Notes: generated by a model from the letters alone, not told the origin. DNA of 64,000 bases from Rebecca billardiae RCC1528 (GCA_965240325.2 OZ260671.1:31031-95030), one strand, 5' to 3'. Counted from the first letter of the stretch, positions 12,305 through 23,902 are shown. Numbers and translations are program-made.

Positions 12305-12336
12305 TGTATCAAGATGGGTATATCCACCTTGATACA
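12305..12336 (-). terminator. Hairpin after psaL
   Basis: TGTATCAAG...CTTGATACA inverted repeat 5 nt past the stop codon. Confidence 0.6.
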
Positions 12337-12341
12337 AGAAG

Positions 12342-12776
12342 TTAGAATAGGAAAGCTGCGTTCAAAATAAGTAAGTAAACAAAGCCAGCTCCACCAGCCC
12401 CACCTACAAAGAAACCAGCTGTAAAGCTACTCCAACCCTGTGAAGTTTGTAATGGATCTGAACCTTCGTCATCGAAAGAAACAATTCCATACATAGTTAA
12501 ACCCGCTGTTAATAAAATGATAAGGCCAAATGTAGAAAGTAAACCTGCAAGTAATGCAACTTCAGAGTCTCTAAGTGGACCTAACTTATAAAAGGGGCCT
12601 AATAGAAAATAACCATGAGCCATACCTACTTCTAGACCACGTAAAAGAGGCGAAAGGTCTTTACGGTAAATAGGTAAATTTAAAAGCCAAGTCTTCGTAA
12701 AAGCTGAAGCTGTAATAGGTGTAGCTAAATTACCAACAAATGGATCGTTATTATAAGGTTTAATAAACTCCGACAT
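12342..12776 (-). CDS. psaL: Photosystem I subunit XI
   Basis: [29 protein letters not shown]. Confidence 0.98.
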   Translation of the reverse strand: MSEFIKPYNNDPFVGNLATPITASAFTKTWLLNLPIYRKDLSPLLRGLEVGMAHGYFLLGPFYKLGPLRDSEVALLAGLLSTFGLIILLTAGLTMYGIVSFDDEGSDPLQTSQGWSSFTAGFFVGGAGGAGFVYLLILNAAFLF

Positions 12777-12955
12777 AAGAAGTCTCCTATATTAATATGT
12801 GATAGATTTTAGTTTATTTATATTCTCAGTATAAATCATTTAACGGCGTTTTTATAAAAACTCTTTGTAAGAATTGCTCAAATAAACAACTTTATTGTAT
12901 CATTTACAGTAATAAATTTTAAATTCTTACGAAAAAAAAAAGAAAGGTAGCTAAA

Positions 12956-14542
12956 ATGAGTAAATCTATATTATATAACGAAACAGCTCGACAAGCTTTA
13001 GAGAAAGGAATGGATATTTTATGTAAAGCGGTTGCTACAACATTAGGACCTCGTGGACGAAACGTCGTAATAGAACGCAAATACGGTGCACCCCAAATTA
13101 TCAATGATGGCGTTTCAATTGCAAAAGAAATTGAATTAAAAAATCATATTGAAAATACAGGTGTAGCTCTAATCCGCCAAGCGGCTTCTAAAACGAATGA
13201 AGTATCTGGAGATGGAACAAGTACAGCAACAGTTTTAGCCCACGCAATGGTTAAACAGGGTATGAAAAACTTGGCGGCAGGTGCAAACCCAATAGCATTA
13301 AAACGAGGGATTGAAAAAGCATCTGCCTTTATTGTGAACCAAATCTCTGAATATGCCCAACCAGTAGAAGATACAAATTCGATAATGCAGGTAGGTGCTG
13401 TTTCAGCAGGAAATGATGCTGAGACTGGTAAACTAATCGCTGATGCGTTAGAAAAAGTAGGAAGAGACGGAGTTATTTCGTTAGAAGAAGGGAAATCTAC
13501 AGTTACTGAGTTAGAAGTAATTGAAGGGATGAGTTTTGATCGAGGTATGATTTCACCATACTTTGCATCAGAAGGCGAACGTATGGAAGTTGTTTTAGAA
13601 AACGCTTATGTTCTCTTAACTGATAAAAAAATTACATTAGTTCAACAAGACTTACTACCAGTTCTTGAGCTCGTAACAAAGACAGGGCGACCTTTATTAA
13701 TTATCGCAGATGATGTTGAAAAAGAAGCTTTAGCAACACTAGTAGTAAATAAACTTCGTGGAATTCTAAACGTTGTTGCGATTAGATGCCCAGGGTTTGG
13801 AGACCGTAGAAAGACGTTCCTAGACGATATCGGTATTCTTACAGGAGGTAAAGTAGTTTCTGATGATATTGGAGCTTCATTACAAAATGTAGACTTAGAA
13901 ATGCTTGGCGAAGTTAAGAAGGTAATTGTTACAAAAGAAAATACTACATTAATATCTGACTACTTTAAGGAAGAAGTTCAAGCGAGATGTACTCAGCTAC
14001 GACGTCAATACGATTTAGCAGATACGGGATATGAAAAAGAGAAGATTCAAGAAAGACTTGCAAAGCTTGGTGGTGGTGTAGCATTATTAAAAGTAGGGGC
14101 AGCTACTGAAACGGAAATGAAAGATAAAAAGCTACGCCTTGAAGACGCGATCAACGCAACAAAAGCTGCAGTGGAAGAAGGTATTGTTCCTGGTGGAGGG
14201 GCTACGCTTGTTCATATTGCAGATGATTTACATGAGTGGGCAGAAGAAAACTTAGAAGGAGATGAACTTATAGGAGCGACTATAGTAGAAAAGTCTATTA
14301 TATCTCCACTGCAAGCAATTGTAGCTAACTCAGGAAATGTTGGAGCTGTTATTGTTTCAAAAGTGAAAAAACTAGATTTTAATTTTGGTTATAATGCAGC
14401 AAATGGAAAGTTTGTTGATATGATTGAAGCTGGTATAATAGATCCAGCAAAAGTAACGAGATCTGCTGTACAAAACGCAGCATCAATTGCTAGTATGGTC
14501 TTAACGACAGAGTGTTTAATCGTTAATAGTGAGAAAGACTAA
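12956..14542 (+). CDS. groEL: Chaperonin 60
   Basis: [29 protein letters not shown]. Confidence 0.99.
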   Translation: MSKSILYNETARQALEKGMDILCKAVATTLGPRGRNVVIERKYGAPQIINDGVSIAKEIELKNHIENTGVALIRQAASKTNEVSGDGTSTATVLAHAMVKQGMKNLAAGANPIALKRGIEKASAFIVNQISEYAQPVEDTNSIMQVGAVSAGNDAETGKLIADALEKVGRDGVISLEEGKSTVTELEVIEGMSFDRGMISPYFASEGERMEVVLENAYVLLTDKKITLVQQDLLPVLELVTKTGRPLLIIADDVEKEALATLVVNKLRGILNVVAIRCPGFGDRRKTFLDDIGILTGGKVVSDDIGASLQNVDLEMLGEVKKVIVTKENTTLISDYFKEEVQARCTQLRRQYDLADTGYEKEKIQERLAKLGGGVALLKVGAATETEMKDKKLRLEDAINATKAAVEEGIVPGGGATLVHIADDLHEWAEENLEGDELIGATIVEKSIISPLQAIVANSGNVGAVIVSKVKKLDFNFGYNAANGKFVDMIEAGIIDPAKVTRSAVQNAASIASMVLTTECLIVNSEKD

Positions 14543-14604
14543 AAAACAATTATTAACTACTCAACTTTTTATATAAATAATAAAAATTTAATAGGTGTGT
14601 TAAA

Positions 14605-14919
14605 ATGAATTATGCTATTGTTGAAGCATGTGGAAAACAGTACTGGTTTGAACCAGGCTTTTTCTATGAAGTAGATCGGCTGGCTGGAACAAAGCCTGGT
14701 GATAAAATATCTTTTAATAAGATACTACTTTTTAAAGATGGAAGTACTACAACTGTAGGTAAACCATGTATTGAAAATGTTACTGTAAATGCGACAGTAA
14801 TGAAACATTCACTGGATAAAAAACTTGTTGTATTTAAAATGCGACCAAAAAAGCGTAGTAGATTTAAAACTGGGTTCCGTCGCAAGACTACTCGTATACA
14901 CATAGATTCAATAAACTAA
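14605..14919 (+). CDS. rpl21: 50S ribosomal protein L21
   Basis: YAIVEACGKQY; paired with rpl27. Confidence 0.96.
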   Translation: MNYAIVEACGKQYWFEPGFFYEVDRLAGTKPGDKISFNKILLFKDGSTTTVGKPCIENVTVNATVMKHSLDKKLVVFKMRPKKRSRFKTGFRRKTTRIHIDSIN

Positions 14920-14925
14920 AAAAAA

Positions 14926-15177
14926 ATGGCACATAAAAAAGGTAGCGGGAGTACTAAAAATGGCCGTGACTCACAAGCACAACGTCGCGGTGTAAAAGCT
15001 TACGGTGAGCAATTAGTTACTCCAGGAAGTATAATAGTTAGACAGCTTGGTACAAAATTTAAACCAGGTTATAACGTAGGAATGGGGAAAGATTACACTA
15101 TTTTTTCTCTTGTACATGGAAAGGTTTCTTTTAAGAAAAGTCAGGGATCATGCTCAATTAACGTGGTTCCAGCTTAA
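14926..15177 (+). CDS. rpl27: 50S ribosomal protein L27
   Basis: [16 protein letters not shown]. Confidence 0.99.
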   Translation: MAHKKGSGSTKNGRDSQAQRRGVKAYGEQLVTPGSIIVRQLGTKFKPGYNVGMGKDYTIFSLVHGKVSFKKSQGSCSINVVPA

Positions 15178-15240
15178 TTAAGCTAAAGGAGTTCAATTTT
15201 TCCTTCCAAAATTTTAAATTCAAATTTGAACAAAAAAACT

Positions 15241-15681
15241 ATGAGTGATTTAAATTGGCAATCTGCTACTCCAACATTTGGTGGAGGTACTGGTGGTTGG
15301 TTAAAAGCTGGTGAAAGCGAAGAGAAGTATGCGATGACTTGGACAGGGCCAGGCGAAAAAATTTTCGAACTCCCTACTGGCGGTGCTGCTATTATGAAAC
15401 AGGGTGAAAACCTTGTTTACTTTGCTAGAAAAGAGCAATGTTTAGCATTAGGTTCACAACTTCGTACAGGTTTTAAAATTAATGACTACAAAATTTACCG
15501 TATCTTTTCAACAGGTGAAGTACAATACTTACACCCGAAAGATGGTTCTTTCCCTGAAAAGGTAAACGAAGGTCGTGTAGGAGTAAATAACGTAAACCAC
15601 TCAATTGGTAAGAATTTAGAACCATCTAAGGTTAAGTACACAAACAAAGATATTAGTGAATCTTTAAGTGTTATTGGGTAA
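15241..15681 (+). CDS. psaD: Photosystem I subunit II
   Basis: [36 protein letters not shown]; ATG at 15241 preferred over upstream TTG. Confidence 0.97.
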   Translation: MSDLNWQSATPTFGGGTGGWLKAGESEEKYAMTWTGPGEKIFELPTGGAAIMKQGENLVYFARKEQCLALGSQLRTGFKINDYKIYRIFSTGEVQYLHPKDGSFPEKVNEGRVGVNNVNHSIGKNLEPSKVKYTNKDISESLSVIG

Positions 15682-15758
15682 ATTGAATAAACATATGGCG
15701 ACGAACGAATTTCTGTTGATTTAAAATAGAAACTATGTTACCATATGTTTATATAAAA

Positions 15759-15842
15759 GGAGAGATGGCAGAGTGGTCGATTGCGTTTGATTTGAAATCA
15801 AATGATACCATGTATCCGTGGGTTCGAATCCCACTCTCTCCT
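15759..15842 (+). tRNA. trnS: tRNA-Ser(TGA)
   Basis: GGAGAGA/TCTCTCC acceptor, TTTGA-TTTGAAA-TCAAA arm, long variable arm. Confidence 0.95.
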
Positions 15843-15927
15843 ATAGAGGAATTTCGTAGCTTGAGAAAGCTTGTAAAAAAGTTAAATATGTAGTATATTA
15901 TAGAGCAATTAAGTAATACGAAGAAGC

Positions 15928-16161
15928 ATGGTAAAAATACGTTTAACAAGATGTGGGAAAAAGAAAAAGCCATCTTACCGAATTGTGGTAGTAGATAGCA
16001 GAACACGCCGCGATGGAAAGCCTATTGAAGAAGTAGGTTTCTATGACCCTATGCAAAATCAAGTTCACCTACGTGCAGAAGCAATTAAAACACGCTTAGC
16101 TAATGGAGCAAAGGTTTCAAACACAGTGCGTACTATTTTAGTAAAAGCAAATATTATGTAA
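15928..16161 (+). CDS. rps16: 30S ribosomal protein S16
   Basis: MVKIRLTRCGKKKKPSYRIVVVDSRTRRDG. Confidence 0.98.
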   Translation: MVKIRLTRCGKKKKPSYRIVVVDSRTRRDGKPIEEVGFYDPMQNQVHLRAEAIKTRLANGAKVSNTVRTILVKANIM

Positions 16162-16257
16162 AAAGAGTTAAAATTCGAAAAAAAAAAATCAAATTTTAAT
16201 CTCTTTTTTTATGGTATTTACTAAAGTAAGAAACTATGGTATAGTTGAGAAAGTTAT

Positions 16258-16331
16258 CGGGATATAGCGCAGTTTGGTAGCGCGCCTGCCTTGGGAGCAG
16301 GATGCCACAGGTTCAAATCCTGTTATCCCGA
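16258..16331 (+). tRNA. trnP: tRNA-Pro(TGG)
   Basis: CGGGATA/TATCCCG acceptor; CCTGC-CTTGGGA-GCAGG. Confidence 0.97.
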
Positions 16332-16403
16332 CTAAAAAGAGAAAAAAAAAATCTAAAAACTAGACAAGAAAAGGGAAATTGTAGTATATTCTATTTTAAA
16401 TAA

Positions 16404-16477
16404 GGCGAGTGTAGCCAAGTGGTTAAGGCACTGGGTTGTGATTCCAGCATTCGCGGGTTCGATTCCCGTCATTCGCC
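16404..16477 (+). tRNA. trnH: tRNA-His(GTG), with encoded G-1
   Basis: GCGAGTG/CATTCGC acceptor, C discriminator, anticodon GTG. Confidence 0.96.
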
Positions 16478-16555
16478 CTTTATAGTTAAGCTAATAAAAA
16501 AAAATTATATGCTTTCGTTTTAAATGGTTTAATTAAAACGAAAGCAACCATTTTA

Positions 16556-16684
16556 TTACATTGGAACAAAGAGCGCATCAGGAAAAGCTCGGTTTGCTTC
16601 AATAAGTAAAGCTGCTGTAAAACTCATCAGAAGAGTTAATAACACAGGAGCAGTTGAAAGGTATGTAAGAAAATTTTTGTCCAT
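16556..16684 (-). CDS. psaJ: Photosystem I subunit IX (not in ORF track)
   Basis: Manual translation [42 protein letters not shown]; downstream of psaF. Confidence 0.97.
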   Translation of the reverse strand: MDKNFLTYLSTAPVLLTLLMSFTAALLIEANRAFPDALFVPM

Positions 16685-16729
16685 AATTTTATTGATTGTC
16701 AATTAAATTGAATGCTTAGACGGCTAATG

Positions 16730-17278
16730 TTATCGTGGAGAACATGTTATATCTGAGTTTGCAGCTAGGAGTTCACCACTTGTAAATTCTGACCAAGCTT
16801 GAGCAGGCCAAGTGAAACCAGAAAGCATAATCTTTGATGCTAATGGAACATCAATAATAATTTCTTTTTCAGTAGCTTTCGCATCTTTACGCGTGATCGA
16901 TAAGTATGAACGACCAGCCCAACCAATCCAGCCAGTAGTATAAAGGAACATTAACCCTGGAATAACAAACTCACCAGCGTGGTTCCAGTCACCATCAGTA
17001 ATTAAATGTGGAAGACCGTCTGTACCACACATTAAGTTACCAGCACCGTAACGGCTAAATCTACTTTTAGTCTGTTCGATTTGCTTTTCAAGAGCTAAGG
17101 CCGAAAGCGAGCCTGGCTCATATTTTTTTAAGCGGTTATCAAGCTTCTTAAGGCTAGTTTTCTCACGCTTAGCAAAAGCAGGTGAATCTTTACAAAGAGT
17201 AAGTTCAGCAGCATCAACTTTTGATACACTAGTAAAGGCAAAAGTTAAAGCAACAAATAAAGATAATAATTTTTTCAC
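16730..17278 (-). CDS. psaF: Photosystem I subunit III; probable GTG start
   Basis: [31 protein letters not shown]; GTG preceded by AAAGGGA. Confidence 0.96.
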   Translation of the reverse strand: MKKLLSLFVALTFAFTSVSKVDAAELTLCKDSPAFAKREKTSLKKLDNRLKKYEPGSLSALALEKQIEQTKSRFSRYGAGNLMCGTDGLPHLITDGDWNHAGEFVIPGLMFLYTTGWIGWAGRSYLSITRKDAKATEKEIIIDVPLASKIMLSGFTWPAQAWSEFTSGELLAANSDITCSPR

Positions 17279-17472
17279 AAAGATAGTTCCCTTTGGTAAA
17301 AACAAATGTACTAAAAAACGTTTTATTTTAAAATTAAATGAAAAACGTAATTTTTTGTATCAAAAATTTTATGGTATTTAACACGTAGTATAACATAAAG
17401 GGTATACTTTTCTGCGCAAATAGGGTAAGCTGAGACAGTATGAATGATAAAAACTTATAAAATTTAGAGTAA

Positions 17473-17955
17473 GTGATGAAATATTTAAATCCTTTTAAAA
17501 TATTTGATAGAATAATTTCTGTGGCCATATATGCTTTTCCGTTTTTAGAACTATACGGCTTTTTTAACCCTTTCTTACGTAGCGTAAACTTATCTTCAAA
17601 CGTTCTTGAAGAAGCGGCTTTCTTTTTACGAGAAAATGGTTGGTTAAACTTTCTTCTATTTACAGTAATTATAGTATTAACGCAATCAAGAAAGCTAAAT
17701 TTGAGTTATTTTACTCGTTATAATATGCTGCAAGCATTAGTTATATTATTTATGAGTTCACTCATTGATACATGTGGGTACCTATTCCCATTATTTATCC
17801 TTGCCGAGGGTTCTATAGGCTACCCGATATTTAACGGGTGCTGTTTTTCTTGTATGTTACTAATAATTTATTGTGCTATTTATGCACTAAGAGGAAAAAT
17901 TCCTTATATACCACTATTATCAGAATCGCTACGGTTACAACTTTGGAGAGAGTAG
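17473..17955 (+). CDS. ycf60: Tic20-family membrane protein (Ycf60)
   Basis: DRIISVAIYAFP, SYFTRYNMLQAL, C-terminal GKIPYIPLLSESLRLQ typical of the Tic20 family. Confidence 0.8.
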   Translation: MMKYLNPFKIFDRIISVAIYAFPFLELYGFFNPFLRSVNLSSNVLEEAAFFLRENGWLNFLLFTVIIVLTQSRKLNLSYFTRYNMLQALVILFMSSLIDTCGYLFPLFILAEGSIGYPIFNGCCFSCMLLIIYCAIYALRGKIPYIPLLSESLRLQLWRE

Positions 17956-18003
17956 AAACTCTAAAAATTATAAAACAGTTCTTAATAATTACGAATTATA
18001 AAT

Positions 18004-18300
18004 ATGGAACAACAGAAATATCGCACATATAAAACTTTTATCTTTTTTCAACCAGACCTAGATAAAAGCGCAGTATTAGAAAATTTAAAAAAATATTACA
18101 AACTATTAGCAAATAATAGTGATTCGAAATTTTGTTTTCAAAACCTAGGTACAAAACTTTTATCTTACCCGGTAAAAGGGTTTTCAAGTGCAACTTATGT
18201 ACAAATGACATACCAAGGTAATGGGCCACTTGTGAAAGATATTAATAGACAACTTTCACTGAGTGAAAACGTAATTCGACACATTACGATAAAAAAATAA
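18004..18300 (+). CDS. rps6: 30S ribosomal protein S6
   Basis: YKTFIFFQPDL, LGTKLLSYPVKG, LSENVIRH; divergent. Confidence 0.88.
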   Translation: MEQQKYRTYKTFIFFQPDLDKSAVLENLKKYYKLLANNSDSKFCFQNLGTKLLSYPVKGFSSATYVQMTYQGNGPLVKDINRQLSLSENVIRHITIKK

Positions 18301-18310
18301 ACTCTAAACA

Positions 18311-18454
18311 ATGAAAGTAGTAAATTCAATAGGTTCTTTAAAAAACCGTAGTAAAGATTGTCAAGTAGTAAGACGACGTGGAAAAATTTATCTTATTTGC
18401 AAATCAAACCCTAGGTTTAAAGCACGACAAGGGCGCAAAGTGAAGAAGGGATAA
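18311..18454 (+). CDS. rpl36: 50S ribosomal protein L36, non-cyanobacterial (C-minus, HGT-derived) type (not in ORF track)
   Basis: Manual translation [47 protein letters not shown]; upstream of rps13. Confidence 0.97.
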   Translation: MKVVNSIGSLKNRSKDCQVVRRRGKIYLICKSNPRFKARQGRKVKKG

Positions 18455-18492
18455 AAAATCCTATTAAAAAAATATAAAAAAGAAGACAAAAC

Positions 18493-18843
18493 ATGATACG
18501 TATTGCTGGTGTAGACTTATCAAACGAAAAGCAAGTAGGTATTGCTTTAACAAATATATATGGTGTTGGTCGATGGAGAGCATTAAATATTTTAAACCAA
18601 TACAATATCGACCCATCTAAAAAATGTAAAGATTTGACTGACGAAGAAACGAGTTCATTGCGTGATAATATCGATAAAATATATCAAATTGAAGGAGACT
18701 TAAGACGTATAAAAATTATGAATATTAAACGTCTAGTTGACATACAATCATATCGAGGAAAAAGACACAGATCAGGTCTTCCACTACGTGGGCAAAGGAC
18801 TAGAACAAACTCGAGAAACGCACGGGTTCGAAAAGGTGCATAG
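18493..18843 (+). CDS. rps13: 30S ribosomal protein S13
   Basis: [25 protein letters not shown]. Confidence 0.98.
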   Translation: MIRIAGVDLSNEKQVGIALTNIYGVGRWRALNILNQYNIDPSKKCKDLTDEETSSLRDNIDKIYQIEGDLRRIKIMNIKRLVDIQSYRGKRHRSGLPLRGQRTRTNSRNARVRKGA

Positions 18844-18899
18844 TAATTAATTTACACGTGCATAAAAAATTAAGCAAAAAGTCTTAGCAACATAATTAT

Positions 18900-19292
18900 A
18901 TGATTAAGCAGATTACAAAATCTAATAAAAAAGCAACTAAAACAAGTGCTTTAGTGGGTGTAGCACATATAAAGTCTACATTTAATAATACTATTGTCAC
19001 AATAACAAATCTAACTGGTGAAACAGTTTCTTGGTCTTCAGCAGGTGCCTGTGGTTTCAAGGGTGCAAAAAAAGGCACGCCTTTTGCAGCACAAGTTGCG
19101 GCTGAAAAAGCATGTAAGACCGCGTTAGAGTTAGGAATGAAAAAAGCAGCCGTTTTGGTGAACGGACCAGGCTCAGGCCGCGAAACAGCAATAAGAGCGT
19201 TACAAGCTACAGGTTTACAAATTACATTAATTCGTGATATTACGCCTGTACCGCATAATGGTTGTCGACCACCTAAAAAGCGAAGAGTATAA
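18900..19292 (+). CDS. rps11: 30S ribosomal protein S11
   Basis: [27 protein letters not shown]. Confidence 0.99.
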   Translation: MIKQITKSNKKATKTSALVGVAHIKSTFNNTIVTITNLTGETVSWSSAGACGFKGAKKGTPFAAQVAAEKACKTALELGMKKAAVLVNGPGSGRETAIRALQATGLQITLIRDITPVPHNGCRPPKKRRV

Positions 19293-19327
19293 GGATTTAA
19301 ATAAGGAAAGGGGATAAATTTATCACT

Positions 19328-20311
19328 ATGATAAAATCTCAGATAGACTCAACGAGCAGCCTGGCCAAACTTCATATTGAGTCATTAGAATCTCGATGTG
19401 ATGGACCCCGATCACTATACGAAAAATTCACGATATACCCATTAGAAAAAAACCAAGGTATTACCATAGGTAATGCTCTACGACGAGTTTTGCTTTCAGA
19501 TATTGAAGGAGTAGCATTTACAGCTGTACGTTTTAATAATGTAGATCACGCTTTTGCAACAATAGCTGGAGTAAGAGAAGATGTTTTAGATATACTATTA
19601 AATGTAAAACAAATAGTACTGAAAAGCACCGACGAACTCATAGACAATAAAAGCTTAATAGGTAGATTAAGTGTCCAAGGCCCAGAAATTATTACATCAA
19701 ACTTAATAGAATTACCCCCCGGAATCGAAATTGTAGACAAGGAGCAATATATAGCGACTGTATGTGACAACGAGAATTTTGAGATGGAGTTTGTAATACA
19801 AAAAAACAAAGGGTATAAGTTATCGGACGAAATTGAATTGGAAAAAAGTTTCGATGATTTTATAAGCATTGACGCTAGATTTACCCCAATAGTAAAGGTA
19901 AATTTCGAAATTGAAAAAATACTTATAGAAAAAGGTGAAACTAAAGAAAAAATCAATTTTGACGTATATACAAACGGAAGTATCCATCCAGAAGAAGGTT
20001 TAAAACGAAGCACTGGACTTTTAACAACAGTATTTGAATCATTAACGACAAAACCAGTCTCAAAAAATGAAGCAACTGCTGAAGAAGAAGAAAAAGAAGT
20101 AGTTGCTGAAATTTTAATTGAAGAGATACCTATTTCTGTCCGAGCATACAATTGCTTAAAAAGAGCACAAATCAATACAATAAATGATTTAATTAATTAT
20201 TCTAGGGAAGAACTTCTTGAAATAAAAAATTTCGGACGAAAGTCTGTAGATGAGGTTATTTTGGCCCTGGAAAAACGCTTTAATATAAAAATAAGTGACG
20301 AAAAAGAATAG
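19328..20311 (+). CDS. rpoA: RNA polymerase alpha subunit
   Basis: GITIGNALRRVLLS, SVRAYNCLKRA, KNFGRKS. Confidence 0.98.
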   Translation: MIKSQIDSTSSLAKLHIESLESRCDGPRSLYEKFTIYPLEKNQGITIGNALRRVLLSDIEGVAFTAVRFNNVDHAFATIAGVREDVLDILLNVKQIVLKSTDELIDNKSLIGRLSVQGPEIITSNLIELPPGIEIVDKEQYIATVCDNENFEMEFVIQKNKGYKLSDEIELEKSFDDFISIDARFTPIVKVNFEIEKILIEKGETKEKINFDVYTNGSIHPEEGLKRSTGLLTTVFESLTTKPVSKNEATAEEEEKEVVAEILIEEIPISVRAYNCLKRAQINTINDLINYSREELLEIKNFGRKSVDEVILALEKRFNIKISDEKE

Positions 20312-20333
20312 ATATTTATTATAAAAATTACAC

Positions 20334-20729
20334 ATGAGTACTTTTTTATCTGTAGGGCGAAGAAAAAGTTCTATAGCACAAATACGCCTAGTAAATAATG
20401 GGTCAGGAAAGATATCAGTAAACGGGAAAGTTATTGAAGAATATTTTCAATACATTCCAAACTACTTGGATGCAGCATTACAACCACTAAAGCTTATTGG
20501 TGGGGAAACTAGTTACGATATTGTAATTAAAACAAAAGGTGGAGGCCTTGCTGGTCAATCACAAGCAATTAAGTTAGGTATAGCCCGAGCTTTATGTACC
20601 GTGATACCAGAGAACCAACAATTACTACTTCGATCGTTAAATCTATTAACGCGTGATCCTAGGGTAAAAGAGAGAAGAAAGTATGGTTTAAAAAAGGCAC
20701 GTAAGGCACCTCAGTTCTCAAAGCGTTAA
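20334..20729 (+). CDS. rps9: 30S ribosomal protein S9
   Basis: GRRKSSIA, KERRKYGLKKARKAPQFSKR. Confidence 0.99.
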   Translation: MSTFLSVGRRKSSIAQIRLVNNGSGKISVNGKVIEEYFQYIPNYLDAALQPLKLIGGETSYDIVIKTKGGGLAGQSQAIKLGIARALCTVIPENQQLLLRSLNLLTRDPRVKERRKYGLKKARKAPQFSKR

Positions 20730-20778
20730 TTTTTTATACAATATACAAAGCCATTTTTATTTAACAAGAACACCTAAA

Positions 20779-20994
20779 ATGAAAAAAGATTTACACCCTA
20801 CTTGGTACCCTGATGCAAAGGTATATTGTAACGGTGAAATGATAATAGAGATAGGGTCGACAAAGCCTGAATTAAATGTCGATGTTTGGTCAGGCAACCA
20901 CCCTTTTTACACCGGTTCTCAAAAGATTATTGACACAGAAGGTCGAGTAGAAAAATTTAACCGTAAATATAACTTAAAAAGTACAGACGAATAA
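20779..20994 (+). CDS. rpl31: 50S ribosomal protein L31
   Basis: DVWSGNHPFYTG...EGRVEKF. Confidence 0.98.
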   Translation: MKKDLHPTWYPDAKVYCNGEMIIEIGSTKPELNVDVWSGNHPFYTGSQKIIDTEGRVEKFNRKYNLKSTDE

Positions 20995-21010
20995 ATAAAA
21001 GGAATTTTAT

Positions 21011-21385
21011 ATGCCAACAATTCAACAATTGGTAAGAGAAGAACGCCTACTTCAAAAGAAAAAAACAAAATCACCTGCATTAAAAGACTGCCCACAAAGA
21101 CGTGGTGTTTGCACGCGTGTATATACGACGACCCCGAAAAAACCAAACTCAGCGTTGCGTAAAGTAGCCCGTGTACGTTTAACTTCAGGGTTTGAAGTAA
21201 CAGCATACATTCCAGGAATAGGACACAATATTCAAGAGCACTCCGTAGTGCTTGTCCGTGGAGGGCGTGTAAAAGATTTACCTGGTGTAAGATACCACAT
21301 TGTTCGTGGTTCTTTAGATGTTGGTGGAGTAAAAGATAGAATGCAAAGCCGTTCTAAATTTGGTGCTAAGAAACCAAAAGATTAA
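21011..21385 (+). CDS. rps12: 30S ribosomal protein S12
   Basis: [19 protein letters not shown]. Confidence 0.99.
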   Translation: MPTIQQLVREERLLQKKKTKSPALKDCPQRRGVCTRVYTTTPKKPNSALRKVARVRLTSGFEVTAYIPGIGHNIQEHSVVLVRGGRVKDLPGVRYHIVRGSLDVGGVKDRMQSRSKFGAKKPKD

Positions 21386-21412
21386 TTTATTTTTAATTTG
21401 TAAAACTAAAAT

Positions 21413-21883
21413 ATGTCACGACGTTCAAAGTCAACTAAGAGACTAGTTCCTATTGATCCGATATACAATAGCAGACTAGTAACTATGTTAATCGTTCGAG
21501 TTTTAAAAGAAGGGAAAAAATCACTGGCGCAGCGTATTGTTTATAAGGCACTGGAGCATATCGCAACAGCTACAAATGCAAACCCTCTATTAGTTCTTGA
21601 GAAAGCTGTGAGAAATGTAGCACCAGTAGTAGAAGTAAAAGCACGCCGTGTTGGTGGATCGACTTATCAGGTACCTGTCGAAATAAACCTATTGAGAGGT
21701 ATAAACTTAGCAGTAAGTTGGATTATTAAAAGTGCTCGTGAGCGATCAGGTAAAGATATGATAAGAAAATTAGCAAACGAGTTAATTGATGCATCAAACC
21801 AAGCAGGAAACGCTGTTAAGAAGCGTGAACAAACACATCGTATGGCTGAAGCAAATAAGGCTTTCTCACACTACAAATACTAA
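21413..21883 (+). CDS. rps7: 30S ribosomal protein S7
   Basis: [21 protein letters not shown]. Confidence 0.99.
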   Translation: MSRRSKSTKRLVPIDPIYNSRLVTMLIVRVLKEGKKSLAQRIVYKALEHIATATNANPLLVLEKAVRNVAPVVEVKARRVGGSTYQVPVEINLLRGINLAVSWIIKSARERSGKDMIRKLANELIDASNQAGNAVKKREQTHRMAEANKAFSHYKY

Positions 21884-21953
21884 ACTTAAAAAATTATCAA
21901 ACCGCTAAAAGTAAAAAAAACAAAACATAAAAAATAAGGAAGGGAAAAAAAAA

Positions 21954-23183
21954 ATGGCACGTGAAAAATTTGAGCGTACGAAACCACACGTAAACATTGG
22001 TACTATTGGTCACGTAGACCATGGTAAGACTACATTAACAGCAGCAATTTCAGCAACTTTAGCAATTAACTCAAGTAAAGAGGCTAAACGTTTTGATGAA
22101 ATTGACTCAGCACCAGAAGAGCGTGCTCGCGGAATTACAATTAACACATCTCACATTGAGTACGAAACAGAAACTCGTCACTATGCCCACGTGGACTGTC
22201 CAGGACACGCGGATTACGTAAAAAATATGATTACAGGTGCTGCACAAATGGATGGAGCAATTCTTGTAATCTCAGCGGCGGATGGTCCAATGCCACAAAC
22301 CCGTGAGCACATCCTACTAGCAAAACAAGTTGGTGTACCAAACCTAGTAGTTTTCTTAAATAAAGCAGACCAAGTAGATGACGAAGAACTACTAGAACTA
22401 GTAGAACTAGAAGCACGTGAACTACTTTCAAACTATGATTTCCCTGGTGATGATCTACCATTTGTCTCTGGATCAGCTTTCTTAGCTTTAGAAGCGTTAA
22501 AAGAAAGTGGACCTATTGAGCGTGGTAAAAACGAGTGGGTAGACAAGATCTTCGCCCTTATGGATGCTGTAGATGACTACATCCCTGAGCCAGAGCGTGA
22601 CGTAGATAAAACATTCTTAATGGCAGTAGAGGACGTGTTCTCGATTACAGGGCGTGGTACTGTAGCAACAGGTCGTATTGAAAGGGGTATTGTTAAAGTA
22701 GGAGATACAATCGAAATTGTAGGAATTACAGATACAACTAGTACAACAGTTACGGGCGTTGAAATGTTCCAAAAAACTCTAGAAGAAGGAATGGCTGGAG
22801 ATAACGTAGGTATTCTACTGCGTGGTGTACAAAAAGACCAAATCCAACGTGGTATGGTACTTTCAAAGCCAGGTTCAATCACACCTCACACGAAGTTTGA
22901 AGCTGAAGTTTATGTACTTAAAAAAGAAGAAGGCGGACGTCACACACCATTCTTCTCGGGCTACCGACCTCAATTCTATGTTCGTACTACAGACGTTACA
23001 GGAACAATTGAAAAGTTCGAAGGCGATGATGGAAGCGAAGCAGAAATGGTAATGCCAGGTGACCGTATTAAAATGATTGCTCAGCTAATCAACCCAATCG
23101 CTATTGAGCAAGGAATGCGATTCGCTATCCGTGAAGGAGGTCGTACTGTAGGTGCAGGTGTTGTAGCAAAAATTATTGAATAA
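21954..23183 (+). CDS. tufA: Elongation factor Tu
   Basis: [24 protein letters not shown]. Confidence 0.99.
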   Translation: MAREKFERTKPHVNIGTIGHVDHGKTTLTAAISATLAINSSKEAKRFDEIDSAPEERARGITINTSHIEYETETRHYAHVDCPGHADYVKNMITGAAQMDGAILVISAADGPMPQTREHILLAKQVGVPNLVVFLNKADQVDDEELLELVELEARELLSNYDFPGDDLPFVSGSAFLALEALKESGPIERGKNEWVDKIFALMDAVDDYIPEPERDVDKTFLMAVEDVFSITGRGTVATGRIERGIVKVGDTIEIVGITDTTSTTVTGVEMFQKTLEEGMAGDNVGILLRGVQKDQIQRGMVLSKPGSITPHTKFEAEVYVLKKEEGGRHTPFFSGYRPQFYVRTTDVTGTIEKFEGDDGSEAEMVMPGDRIKMIAQLINPIAIEQGMRFAIREGGRTVGAGVVAKIIE

Positions 23184-23188
23184 AAAAA

Positions 23189-23491
23189 ATGAAAATACGT
23201 TTACAAATAAAAGCATACGATTACAAATTGCTAACACAAGTATGTGAAAAGATTTGTTCAATTGTTCAATTAACAAATGCGACATTAAAGGGCCCAGTAC
23301 CTTTACCAACGAGAAGAAGAATATATTGTGTTTTACGTTCTCCTCACGTGAATAAAGATGCAAGGGAGCATTTCGAGATACGTACTTATAAGCGTCTAAT
23401 CGATATCCAGAATTCATCTTTACAGACAATTGATAGTTTAAAACAACTGAACTTACCGGCAGGTATAGACTTATGTGTAAACTTTATTTAG
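23189..23491 (+). CDS. rps10: 30S ribosomal protein S10
   Basis: GPVPLPTRRRIYCVLRSPHVNKDAREHFE; post-tufA position typical of red-lineage plastids. Confidence 0.98.
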   Translation: MKIRLQIKAYDYKLLTQVCEKICSIVQLTNATLKGPVPLPTRRRIYCVLRSPHVNKDAREHFEIRTYKRLIDIQNSSLQTIDSLKQLNLPAGIDLCVNFI

Positions 23492-23512
23492 AAAAATTAA
23501 TAGAGTCTAAAA

Positions 23513-23863
23513 ATGAGTAAAGAGATAAAGCTGGTTGAAGATAAATACTTAACCAAAAACAGTAAACTAAAATGTCCGGAGATAGGAGATATTCTTCGAG
23601 TATCTGTACAAATACGTGAAGGGCAAAAAGAACGTATCCAAAAAGTACAAGGGGTAGTAATTGCAACAAATAACGGAGGAATCCGAAAAACTTTTACACT
23701 CCGTAGCTTTCTACAAACAGGTGGGATAGAGCGTATTTATGCTCTAAATTCACCTAGTTTAAAAGAGATTGAAACTATAAAACAATCAAAGGTAAGACGT
23801 TCAAAATTATACTATCTTCGTGATAGATCAGGTAAATCAACGCGATTACCGAGCCGTATTTAA
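23513..23863 (+). CDS. rpl19: 50S ribosomal protein L19
   Basis: EGQKERIQKVQGVVI, KVRRSKLYYLR. Confidence 0.97.
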   Translation: MSKEIKLVEDKYLTKNSKLKCPEIGDILRVSVQIREGQKERIQKVQGVVIATNNGGIRKTFTLRSFLQTGGIERIYALNSPSLKEIETIKQSKVRRSKLYYLRDRSGKSTRLPSRI

Positions 23864-23873
23864 AACACGGACG

Positions 23874-23902
23874 AATGAATGGGATATTCTATCCCATTCA
23901 TT
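23874..23902 (+). terminator. Hairpin ending the ycf60-rpl19 gene run
   Basis: AATGAATGGGATA-ttc-TATCCCATTCATT followed by T-run. Confidence 0.8.
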
